In this document: positions 34,245 through 42,327 of the stretch, piece by piece | How the letters are laid out: every line of letters begins with the position of its first letter | Position numbering within the stretch: position 1 is the stretch's first letter | DNA from: an uncultured Bacteroidaceae bacterium | GTDB taxonomy: Bacteria > Bacillota > Clostridia > Christensenellales > CAG-917 | Reading direction: 5' to 3' | NCBI GenBank assembly: GCA_964599875.1 | Contig: CAZRHE010000002.1 | Location: 22,415 to 86,414, forward strand | DNA length: 64,000 bases | Notes under the pieces: generated by a model | Database searches by the model: none | What the model saw: only the letters and a program-made list of their open reading frames with translations | What the model was told of the DNA's origin: nothing | Made by a program: the position numbers and the translations under genes

Positions 34245-35950
34245 TGAAACAATCCATCTCATGGCAAAGCGTTAAAACGCTATTCCGCCTCGACCTGCGT
34301 TCTCGTTACGGCACGAACACCGAAATGACGGCGAAAGACAAAGGAATGAAAGCCGTCAACGTGTTGTTCGCCCTCGTCGTGTACGCACTTCTCGTAATGG
34401 GCATATATTTCTTGACGAGAATGTTCGTCGTGCGTTCGGGGCTCAGAATCGAATTTTTGGTCATAATAACCCTGCTCACGATGGGCATCGAAACCATAGT
34501 CGCGACAAGTACGGTCGTGAAGAACTTATATATGAACGGGGACAACGAACTGTTGTTGCGCTTCCCTGTAAACGGCGCGGAAATTCTCATCGCGAAATCC
34601 ATATATTGCGCTCTTCACAACTTCGTAGTGTGCGTGCTGTTCACCCTTCCTTTCTACGTGGTGTTCGGCGTGGTCACGGACGCGGTAGTCGGCTACTATT
34701 TTGCGGCACTCGGCATGATAATTTTCTCGACGATGTTCCCGTTTTTCGTGGCGAACCTCATCGCAATCCCCGTGATGAGAGCGGTGAATGCGGTCAAGAA
34801 CCAATTCTTGCTCATTCTCATATTCGTCATACTTGTCATATGCGGCTGTTTCGTGCTGTATATGGAAGCGTTGTCCGGCATACTTACCTATCTGTCCGAT
34901 AACAACGCGAACTTATTCGGCGACCCCGTCATCAGAGAGAAACTCATAAACTTTGCGGCGCACGCGTATCCTTTCAACTGGTACGCATACGTGCTCAACG
35001 GCAAAGTGGCGGGCGGACTCACCGCAAAAGACCTCGGACTTTCCTTCCTTTGGATATTCCTCATCGACGTAGTGCTCGGCGTAGGCGCGTATTTCGTGAC
35101 GACGAAGTTCTATTACGGCACCATTCTCAAAGGTATCGAAACCGAAAAGGTCACCTTCCAAAAGAAAAATCAGAAGAACAGAAGGCGTTCCATATTCGGC
35201 ACTTTGCTCAATAGGGAATTCTTCCTTATCTTCAGAAGTTTCAATTACAGTTTCCAATATTTCGCGATGGCATGCGCCGCACCCGTCATGGTGTACTACT
35301 GCAACGACCTTGCGGCGTCTATGGGTAAAAAGAGCGTGGGCGCGTCTATCGTGCCGGGACTTACCCTCCTCGTCATCATCATATTCGTCACCATAGTGGT
35401 TTCCTTCGCCTCGACGTCCATATCGAGAGAGGGCAACGTGTTTTATCATACGAAAGTCATCCCCGTCAGTTACACCAATCAAATCCTTGTCAAACTGTTC
35501 CTGTACGCACTGGTCGGCACGATATCCGTCGCGCTGTCCTGTATAGTCGTAGGGGCAACGTTCGGCTCGGAGAAGGGCGGCAACTTGCTTTCCGCAATGG
35601 ACGTGGGAGCGATATTCGGCATATCCGAAATGGTCGTGCTTGCGCAGACTTGCTTGTCTATGTGGGCGGACATCAAATCTCCGACCTTCAACGTGTCGGG
35701 GGACGGTGAACTCGTCAGCGCGAACAAGAACGTTGCGCTTGCTTTGTTCACGGGCATAATCACCGCGGTTTTGTACGGCGTGTTTGCAATGGTGTTCAGT
35801 TTCGGATTCACTATCGGTGACTCTCAATTCGAGATGACCCCCTCGGTCGTGTACGGCATACTTGCAGGCGTATCGGGCGTGGTGTTGATCGCAAGCGTGT
35901 GCTTGCTGTTCATCAATCTCGAAAAGCGCTATACGAAGATAGTGCCTTAA
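34244..35950 (+). CDS. putative ABC exporter permease (large multi-TM protein)
   Basis: 568 aa with more than 10 TM segments. The start overlaps the ATPase stop (TGATG). Confidence 0.75.
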   Translation: MKQSISWQSVKTLFRLDLRSRYGTNTEMTAKDKGMKAVNVLFALVVYALLVMGIYFLTRMFVVRSGLRIEFLVIITLLTMGIETIVATSTVVKNLYMNGDNELLLRFPVNGAEILIAKSIYCALHNFVVCVLFTLPFYVVFGVVTDAVVGYYFAALGMIIFSTMFPFFVANLIAIPVMRAVNAVKNQFLLILIFVILVICGCFVLYMEALSGILTYLSDNNANLFGDPVIREKLINFAAHAYPFNWYAYVLNGKVAGGLTAKDLGLSFLWIFLIDVVLGVGAYFVTTKFYYGTILKGIETEKVTFQKKNQKNRRRSIFGTLLNREFFLIFRSFNYSFQYFAMACAAPVMVYYCNDLAASMGKKSVGASIVPGLTLLVIIIFVTIVVSFASTSISREGNVFYHTKVIPVSYTNQILVKLFLYALVGTISVALSCIVVGATFGSEKGGNLLSAMDVGAIFGISEMVVLAQTCLSMWADIKSPTFNVSGDGELVSANKNVALALFTGIITAVLYGVFAMVFSFGFTIGDSQFEMTPSVVYGILAGVSGVVLIASVCLLFINLEKRYTKIVP

Positions 35951-35965
35951 TAAGGGAGAATTGAA

Positions 35966-38692
35966 ATGAAGAAAATAATGATCGGAATATTGATAATCAT
36001 TCCCGTGATTATCCTTGCGGTCGTATCCGCAGTGTCCGTCGTGGTGTCCACGAGGGCGCACATAGGCGTTGAAGAAGTGTCTTTCGACCGCAACTCTGTT
36101 GAAATCGTTTTCGGCGACGAGTCGTACGATATCAACGATTACCTCACCGTCACCGTCCTTCCCGAAAAGGCGACGGACAAAACTTGCGTGTGGGAAATAG
36201 TCGAAGACGGCATGCAATGCTTCGACGCGGACTATAAGGACGCATACGACTACTATCTCGCGCATTTAGGCGAGGCGAACAACAAAGAGGTTTTGCCCCC
36301 CGTCACCCTCGTGGACGCGGACGGCAACAAAGCGGACACCAACACGACGGGCAAGTTCAAAGTAAACGCAAGTTGCTCGTTCATTCTCGAATGTAGGGCG
36401 GAAGGAAAAACCGCAAGATGCACGGTCATCGCACTCGATTACGAACTCAAATCCGTCGTTGTCAAAGGTGACGTAGTGAATATCAAAGAAAACGAAAACC
36501 TTTTGCTCTCCGCGGAATTGTCCCCCGTGGACGCACTTGTGGAGAGAGTGGAATGGATATCCTCGGACGAATCTATCCTCACCGTCGATAGCAACGGCGT
36601 AGTCGTCGGCAAGAAAGAGGGAAGTGCTGAAATCGTCGCAAGAGCGTACGTAGAGGGCGGTTACGTCGAAAGCGCGCCTTACGTTATAACCGTTGAAAAG
36701 AACGCATCCTTGCTTGGAAACGCAGTTTCTACGGACGTCAGAAGAATTCCTTTGTCCGCATTCGGAATTGCGGAAAACGATATCGTAAACCTTGTCAACG
36801 CGAGTATAGAAGGGGATGAAATCGTCATCGCGGAGGATAAGAACGAGGCGCAAATCGAAACCGCATACGGCGTAGTCACCCTGACCGTCGAAGACGGAAT
36901 AGTCATCAAAAACAAAAACCTCTTCGCATACGTGGACGGCGAAAGCAGTTTCGTGTTTGCAGTGGGCGAAAAACTCAATCTCGAAGTCGTGTGGAAGAGT
37001 GTATTCAAGGCGGATAAACCTCAGGTTACTTGGAGCGTAGACAACGACAGAATCGCTACCGTCACGGACGGCGTGCTCGAAGGAAAGGGCAACGGCATAG
37101 TGACCGTGACCGCGACTTGCGGAGATTATAGCGACGTTCTCACTCTCAACGTGAGAGAAAAAGCGGTGTCCGTCATTATGGATAAGACGGCGGACGAATA
37201 TACGGACGCGGGACTTGCGCTCGAATACGTAATCCCCACTCTCAAATACGAGAATATAGAGGCAAACAAAAACAAGGTTGCAAACTATATTGACGTTGAG
37301 TTGGTGCGTCCCGCACCCCCTGAAAGTGAAAAAGCGGCGTTTTACGAGGCATTCAAGTTCGAACTTCTCGAAAACGGAGAAGTTAGCGACAAAGGCTACT
37401 TTGTGAGCAACAGACTTTATCTCAATCACGAAAAAGTGACCGAGAAAACAGTCCTAACCGTCAAGGTGACCGCAAAATATCCGAAGTATCCCGATAGCAC
37501 GCTTTCTTACGACAGCGTTGAAATCACGGTCGTGGACGGCGTGGAAGTGAAAAATTACGTTGAACTTAAATCCGCAACGGACGAGAAATACAGCGTGTGC
37601 CTCGTGAACGATATAGAACTTTTCGACGGCGACGAAAGCCAGAAAGTGTACGAAAACAATCAAAGCACTTATCTTTTCTGCAGAAAGGCGTACTACGGCA
37701 ACGGATTTATGTTCTCCGCAAAACCGGGACAACTGACCAACACCATGTGTGCATTGCTCTTCGTGGTCGACGATAACGCGGTTATATCCAACGGCGTTTT
37801 CCGTGCAAATACGGGCGTAGGCGATATCATCACATCGGAAGATACCGAAGGACTGCAAGGCTCTTGCGTTATCGCAGGCGCGAGATATTCGGGTGATAGG
37901 GACGCAAACGGCAATAGATTGTTCGTCGAAAACATAAGGACGGAATACAGCATTTTCGAAAACGGCAACGTGCTTTACAAGGCACTCACTTGCGAAAACT
38001 ATATCGAAGGTTGTATCTTCCGCAACAGCGCGGGCGTGGGCATTTACACTCGTACTTGGGCGTTGTTGGGTGAACCATCCGTAAAACGCGATACTGCTAT
38101 GTATACAAAACTCACCACCAAAAACTGCATTATGTCCAACCTTACGGGGCTCGGCATAAACTTCGACTTCAACAAAGTCACCAATGCGGGTGAGGAATAC
38201 AGACAACAACTCATCGACGAAGGCAGAATGACCACGTACAACCAACTCGGATTCCTCGATATATACAACTGGCAATCCGTCAATACGATGAAATTCTTGC
38301 CGCAAGACGTGCTCGGAAACGGAATGGAAGGGGTCGTCGATATGTTCAACTCCCTCATCCGCGACAAGATAGCGGACAAGCGACTCGACCCGTATCGTTA
38401 CACTTATAACCGCGAGGACTATTTCTGTCTTGGAATGATGAGCACGGGCGCGCTTGACAAGTCCTGTTTGACGGGCGTCACGCAAGACCCGAGAATCAAG
38501 ATTTTCAACAGCGATATGTTCGGCACGGATATAAAGAAAGTCATCGCAAACCCCGTGTGGATAATCACCTACGGCAACGACGTGGACGATATCATCCCCG
38601 GCAGCGAATATAAGATAAACAAAAAACTCATCAACAGATTGCACGGAATAGGAGTGGAATACGGCGAAGAAGTGCCCTTCTCCTTCATCTAA
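35966..38692 (+). CDS. membrane-anchored surface protein with Big_2 Ig-like domains and a C-terminal beta-helix-like region (paralog A)
   Basis: N-terminal anchor MKKIMIGILIIIPVIILAVVSAVSVVV; Big_2-like segments (VEWISSDESILTVDSNGVVVGKKEGSAEIVARA and VTWSVDNDRIATVTDGVLEGKGNGIVTVTA); repetitive xCxFRNSAGVGIY / NCIMSNLTGLGINF turns. Confidence 0.8.
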   Translation: MKKIMIGILIIIPVIILAVVSAVSVVVSTRAHIGVEEVSFDRNSVEIVFGDESYDINDYLTVTVLPEKATDKTCVWEIVEDGMQCFDADYKDAYDYYLAHLGEANNKEVLPPVTLVDADGNKADTNTTGKFKVNASCSFILECRAEGKTARCTVIALDYELKSVVVKGDVVNIKENENLLLSAELSPVDALVERVEWISSDESILTVDSNGVVVGKKEGSAEIVARAYVEGGYVESAPYVITVEKNASLLGNAVSTDVRRIPLSAFGIAENDIVNLVNASIEGDEIVIAEDKNEAQIETAYGVVTLTVEDGIVIKNKNLFAYVDGESSFVFAVGEKLNLEVVWKSVFKADKPQVTWSVDNDRIATVTDGVLEGKGNGIVTVTATCGDYSDVLTLNVREKAVSVIMDKTADEYTDAGLALEYVIPTLKYENIEANKNKVANYIDVELVRPAPPESEKAAFYEAFKFELLENGEVSDKGYFVSNRLYLNHEKVTEKTVLTVKVTAKYPKYPDSTLSYDSVEITVVDGVEVKNYVELKSATDEKYSVCLVNDIELFDGDESQKVYENNQSTYLFCRKAYYGNGFMFSAKPGQLTNTMCALLFVVDDNAVISNGVFRANTGVGDIITSEDTEGLQGSCVIAGARYSGDRDANGNRLFVENIRTEYSIFENGNVLYKALTCENYIEGCIFRNSAGVGIYTRTWALLGEPSVKRDTAMYTKLTTKNCIMSNLTGLGINFDFNKVTNAGEEYRQQLIDEGRMTTYNQLGFLDIYNWQSVNTMKFLPQDVLGNGMEGVVDMFNSLIRDKIADKRLDPYRYTYNREDYFCLGMMSTGALDKSCLTGVTQDPRIKIFNSDMFGTDIKKVIANPVWIITYGNDVDDIIPGSEYKINKKLINRLHGIGVEYGEEVPFSFI
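36551..37449 (+). repeat. copy 1 of a near-identical tract of about 0.9 kb shared by the two surface-protein paralogs
   Basis: 36576-37449 is identical to 39375-40248 (constant offset 2799). The sense-frame translation and two antisense-frame translations in the ORF track are all identical across the tract. The first mismatches are at 36574-36575 and 37450. Confidence 0.9.
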
Positions 38693-38761
38693 TCTCGCGT
38701 GAGTGCGTAACAATAAATAACGGCGCGCGTGCCTGCGCACGCGCCACCTATACGGAGTAAT

Positions 38762-41446
38762 ATGAAAAAAGTCACGATAGGAATATTAATCGTAATACCG
38801 GTCATCATTATGCTCGTCGTATCTCTCGTGTCCGTCGTCGTGTCCGCAAACACGCATATAGGCGTGGAAAGCGTGACCCTCGACAAGTCGAGAATAGACG
38901 ACGTGCCTTTCGGACTGGATATTTACGATATCAACGATTATCTCACCGCAACCGTCCTTCCCGAAAAGGCGAAGAATAAGACTTGCACTTGGGATATCGA
39001 CGAGGGAAGTATAAAATTCGACAACTCGGAGTTGCAAGAGGAGTACGAGAATTATCTCGAAAACCCCTCCGACCCCTCGGTGAAAGTCGTCCTTGCTCCC
39101 GTCTATCTCGTGGATGCGGACGGCAATAGGACGGATACCAACACCACGGGCAAATTCAAAGTCACGGACAGTTGCTCTTTCGTCATCGTTTGCAATGCGG
39201 AAGATAAATCCGCAACCTGTCAGGTTTTCGTCACTGACGTCACTTTGAAAGCAGTTGCGGTGCAAAGCGAAGTTTCTGCGATTAAGGAAAGCGAAAACGC
39301 ACTCCTTTCCGTCCTGCTCAATCCCGTAGGCGCAATCGTTGATAGACTTGAATGGATATCCTCGGACGAATCCGTCCTCACCGTCGATAGCAACGGCGTA
39401 GTCGTCGGCAAGAAAGAGGGAAGTGCTGAAATCGTCGCAAGAGCGTACGTAGAGGGCGGTTACGTCGAAAGCGCGCCTTACGTTATAACCGTTGAAAAGA
39501 ACGCATCCTTGCTTGGAAACGCAGTTTCTACGGACGTCAGAAGAATTCCTTTGTCCGCATTCGGAATTGCGGAAAACGATATCGTAAACCTTGTCAACGC
39601 GAGTATAGAAGGGGATGAAATCGTCATCGCGGAGGATAAGAACGAGGCGCAAATCGAAACCGCATACGGCGTAGTCACCCTGACCGTCGAAGACGGAATA
39701 GTCATCAAAAACAAAAACCTCTTCGCATACGTGGACGGCGAAAGCAGTTTCGTGTTTGCAGTGGGCGAAAAACTCAATCTCGAAGTCGTGTGGAAGAGTG
39801 TATTCAAGGCGGATAAACCTCAGGTTACTTGGAGCGTAGACAACGACAGAATCGCTACCGTCACGGACGGCGTGCTCGAAGGAAAGGGCAACGGCATAGT
39901 GACCGTGACCGCGACTTGCGGAGATTATAGCGACGTTCTCACTCTCAACGTGAGAGAAAAAGCGGTGTCCGTCATTATGGATAAGACGGCGGACGAATAT
40001 ACGGACGCGGGACTTGCGCTCGAATACGTAATCCCCACTCTCAAATACGAGAATATAGAGGCAAACAAAAACAAGGTTGCAAACTATATTGACGTTGAGT
40101 TGGTGCGTCCCGCACCCCCTGAAAGTGAAAAAGCGGCGTTTTACGAGGCATTCAAGTTCGAACTTCTCGAAAACGGAGAAGTTAGCGACAAAGGCTACTT
40201 TGTGAGCAACAGACTTTATCTCAATCACGAAAAAGTGACCGAGAAAACGGTCCTAACCGTGAAAGTCAGTGCGAAGTATCCCAAATTCCCGACGAGCAGT
40301 CTTTCCCGCGATAACGTGGAAATAACCGTCGTGAATGCAGTCAAGGCAACCGATTTCGACACCTTGAAAGCCGCAACCGAAGAAAAAATCAACGTGTGTC
40401 TTGTGAATAATATCGAAATCGACCACTCTATCCGCACGGATTCTCCCGTTCTTTACAACTCGGCGGGTTACTACGGCAACGGATTTATGCTCTCCGCAGA
40501 GCCCGGTCAACTCACAAACACCCACGCCGCGCTTATGATTTGCAATGCGGATAACTCTTTCGTGTCCAACGGCATATTCCGCGCAAACCGCGTCGTAGGG
40601 GATAGTATCTCGCAAGACCAGACCGAAGGTTTCCAAGGCTCCGCCATTATGTTCGGCACCAGAGGACGCACGCACGGCGATTACGAGAACGGCAATTATT
40701 GCTATCTCTCCAACACGAGAGCGGAATATTGTATCTTCGAAAACGGCAACGCGCTTTGCAAAGTGTTCACTTGCGAAACCACGTTAGAGGGTTGTATTCT
40801 CCGCAACTGCGCGGGCGTCGGCATCTACGTGCCTACGAGAACTTTCGGAAACGACCCCGACACCATGACCGTCAGTTACTCGAAACTTACCACCAAAAAC
40901 TGCGTCATGTCCAACCTTGTCGGCATGAGCCTTTCTTTCGAGTATAAAGACTATGCGCTCGACGCAAACAAAGAGATCATCGTAGAAAAACGCGACGCAC
41001 TCCTTGCGGAAGGCAAAAACACTTTCTACAAGCAAGAAGGTTTCCTCGATATATACAACTGGCAATCCGTCAACACGATGAATCTTCTTCCGAGCGACGT
41101 TTTCGGAAGCGGTGATACCGACGTCGCGCTTGCACAGGGCATAAACACCCTCCTTCGCGAAAGACTTTTGGATAAGAAGATCGAGGATTATCGCTATTCG
41201 TATAACCGCGAGGAATTCTTCCTCATCGGCTTTATGAGCACGGGCGTAAAATATCCGACTTATCTCGAATGGTCGTTTGAAGACGAAAGACTGACTTTCG
41301 TCACGAGCGATATCTTGAGCGGCTTGGATATCATCGCGAATACGGTCTATCTCTTCACGTACAAGAATACCGTCGAAGATATCGTGCCGAGCAGCGATTA
41401 TAAGATAAACAAAAAACTCATAAATAAATTGCACGGAGTCGGGTAA
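38762..41446 (+). CDS. membrane-anchored surface protein with Big_2 domains and a beta-helix-like region (paralog B)
   Basis: MKKVTIGILIVIPVIIMLVVSLVSVVV. Same architecture as paralog A. GGAG RBS before ATG 38762; the track start at 38729 is an upstream GTG extension. Confidence 0.8.
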   Translation: MKKVTIGILIVIPVIIMLVVSLVSVVVSANTHIGVESVTLDKSRIDDVPFGLDIYDINDYLTATVLPEKAKNKTCTWDIDEGSIKFDNSELQEEYENYLENPSDPSVKVVLAPVYLVDADGNRTDTNTTGKFKVTDSCSFVIVCNAEDKSATCQVFVTDVTLKAVAVQSEVSAIKESENALLSVLLNPVGAIVDRLEWISSDESVLTVDSNGVVVGKKEGSAEIVARAYVEGGYVESAPYVITVEKNASLLGNAVSTDVRRIPLSAFGIAENDIVNLVNASIEGDEIVIAEDKNEAQIETAYGVVTLTVEDGIVIKNKNLFAYVDGESSFVFAVGEKLNLEVVWKSVFKADKPQVTWSVDNDRIATVTDGVLEGKGNGIVTVTATCGDYSDVLTLNVREKAVSVIMDKTADEYTDAGLALEYVIPTLKYENIEANKNKVANYIDVELVRPAPPESEKAAFYEAFKFELLENGEVSDKGYFVSNRLYLNHEKVTEKTVLTVKVSAKYPKFPTSSLSRDNVEITVVNAVKATDFDTLKAATEEKINVCLVNNIEIDHSIRTDSPVLYNSAGYYGNGFMLSAEPGQLTNTHAALMICNADNSFVSNGIFRANRVVGDSISQDQTEGFQGSAIMFGTRGRTHGDYENGNYCYLSNTRAEYCIFENGNALCKVFTCETTLEGCILRNCAGVGIYVPTRTFGNDPDTMTVSYSKLTTKNCVMSNLVGMSLSFEYKDYALDANKEIIVEKRDALLAEGKNTFYKQEGFLDIYNWQSVNTMNLLPSDVFGSGDTDVALAQGINTLLRERLLDKKIEDYRYSYNREEFFLIGFMSTGVKYPTYLEWSFEDERLTFVTSDILSGLDIIANTVYLFTYKNTVEDIVPSSDYKINKKLINKLHGVG
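39350..40248 (+). repeat. copy 2 of the near-identical tract of about 0.9 kb
   Basis: See copy 1. Outside the tract the paralogs are only roughly 55-60 percent identical at protein level, by eye. Confidence 0.9.
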
Positions 41447-41514
41447 AACTGACAAAACGCACTTTAACATATGAAAATCGATACGTAAACACCCGTATCG
41501 GTGAGGAGCAAACT

Positions 41515-42327
41515 ATGCAACGGGAAAAACTCGGTTTAATTCTTGAGGGCGGCGGCGCAAAAGGCGTCTATCAAATGGGGGCTATAGAAGCACTCCACGA
41601 GGCAGGCGTTGTTTTCGACGGCGTCGCAGGCACGTCAATCGGTGCCGTCAACGGCGCGGTCTTTGTCGCCGACGGCGTAGAAAGAATGTCCGCACTTTGG
41701 GACGAGGTCACTTTCAGTACGGTTTTCGATATCGATCCCGACTGGATTTCCAAGTACAAAAACAAGGATTTCGACCTCGATATGATGTCGTACGCGGGCA
41801 AAAAACTCACCAATCTCCGAGAGGTCATAAAGGACTCCTACGTCAAGAGCGAAAAGTGGCTTTACGACCGCCTCGAAGAAAGAAAAGTGAGAGAATCAAA
41901 ACTCGATTTCGGGCTCGTGACTTACGATATCACCAATATGAAACCCGTCGAACTCATGAAAGAGGATATCCCGGACGGTAAACTTTTGGACTTCGTCATC
42001 GCGTCCGCCTCTTTCCCCATCTTTCCGCCCAAGGTCATAGACGGCGTGAAGTATATCGACGGCGGCGTCTACGACAATATGCCCGTCAATCTCCTCGCTC
42101 GTCACGGTTATAGAAAATTCGTCGTCATCCGCACAAACGTCGAATCCAAGCCCCCTAAACGCAATATCGAAAGGGACGACCTCGATATCACTTATATCAT
42201 GCCCGAGTCAGACCTCGGTCTTGCAATGGCGTTCAACGAGGAGAAATTCGGCAAAATGCGCAAGCAGGGTTACGACGACGCAAGACGCCTGCTCGACGCA
42301 GGGCTTATCTTGCCTTACAACGAATAG
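41515..42327 (+). CDS. patatin-like phospholipase
   Basis: GGGAKGVYQMG oxyanion motif, GTSIGA nucleophile elbow and DGGVYDN catalytic Asp motif. Confidence 0.88.
   Translation: MQREKLGLILEGGGAKGVYQMGAIEALHEAGVVFDGVAGTSIGAVNGAVFVADGVERMSALWDEVTFSTVFDIDPDWISKYKNKDFDLDMMSYAGKKLTNLREVIKDSYVKSEKWLYDRLEERKVRESKLDFGLVTYDITNMKPVELMKEDIPDGKLLDFVIASASFPIFPPKVIDGVKYIDGGVYDNMPVNLLARHGYRKFVVIRTNVESKPPKRNIERDDLDITYIMPESDLGLAMAFNEEKFGKMRKQGYDDARRLLDAGLILPYNE

Noticed and set aside
38722-38747. GC-rich hairpin (GGCGCGTGC / GCACGCGCC) between the two surface-protein paralogs, as a possible terminator.
   Set aside because: No U-tract follows it, and it sits 15 nt before the RBS of the next gene. It may affect mRNA stability, but there is not enough evidence to call a terminator. 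The track's alternative start at 38729 lies inside it and was rejected in favour of ATG 38762.
41515-42327. Patatin-like phospholipase as a CBASS (CapV-like) or other defence effector.
   Set aside because: There is no cyclase/nucleotidyltransferase, sensor or other defence-type neighbour. The gene sits directly upstream of polA-coaE and is only 270 aa. It is treated as an ordinary lipase-family gene.
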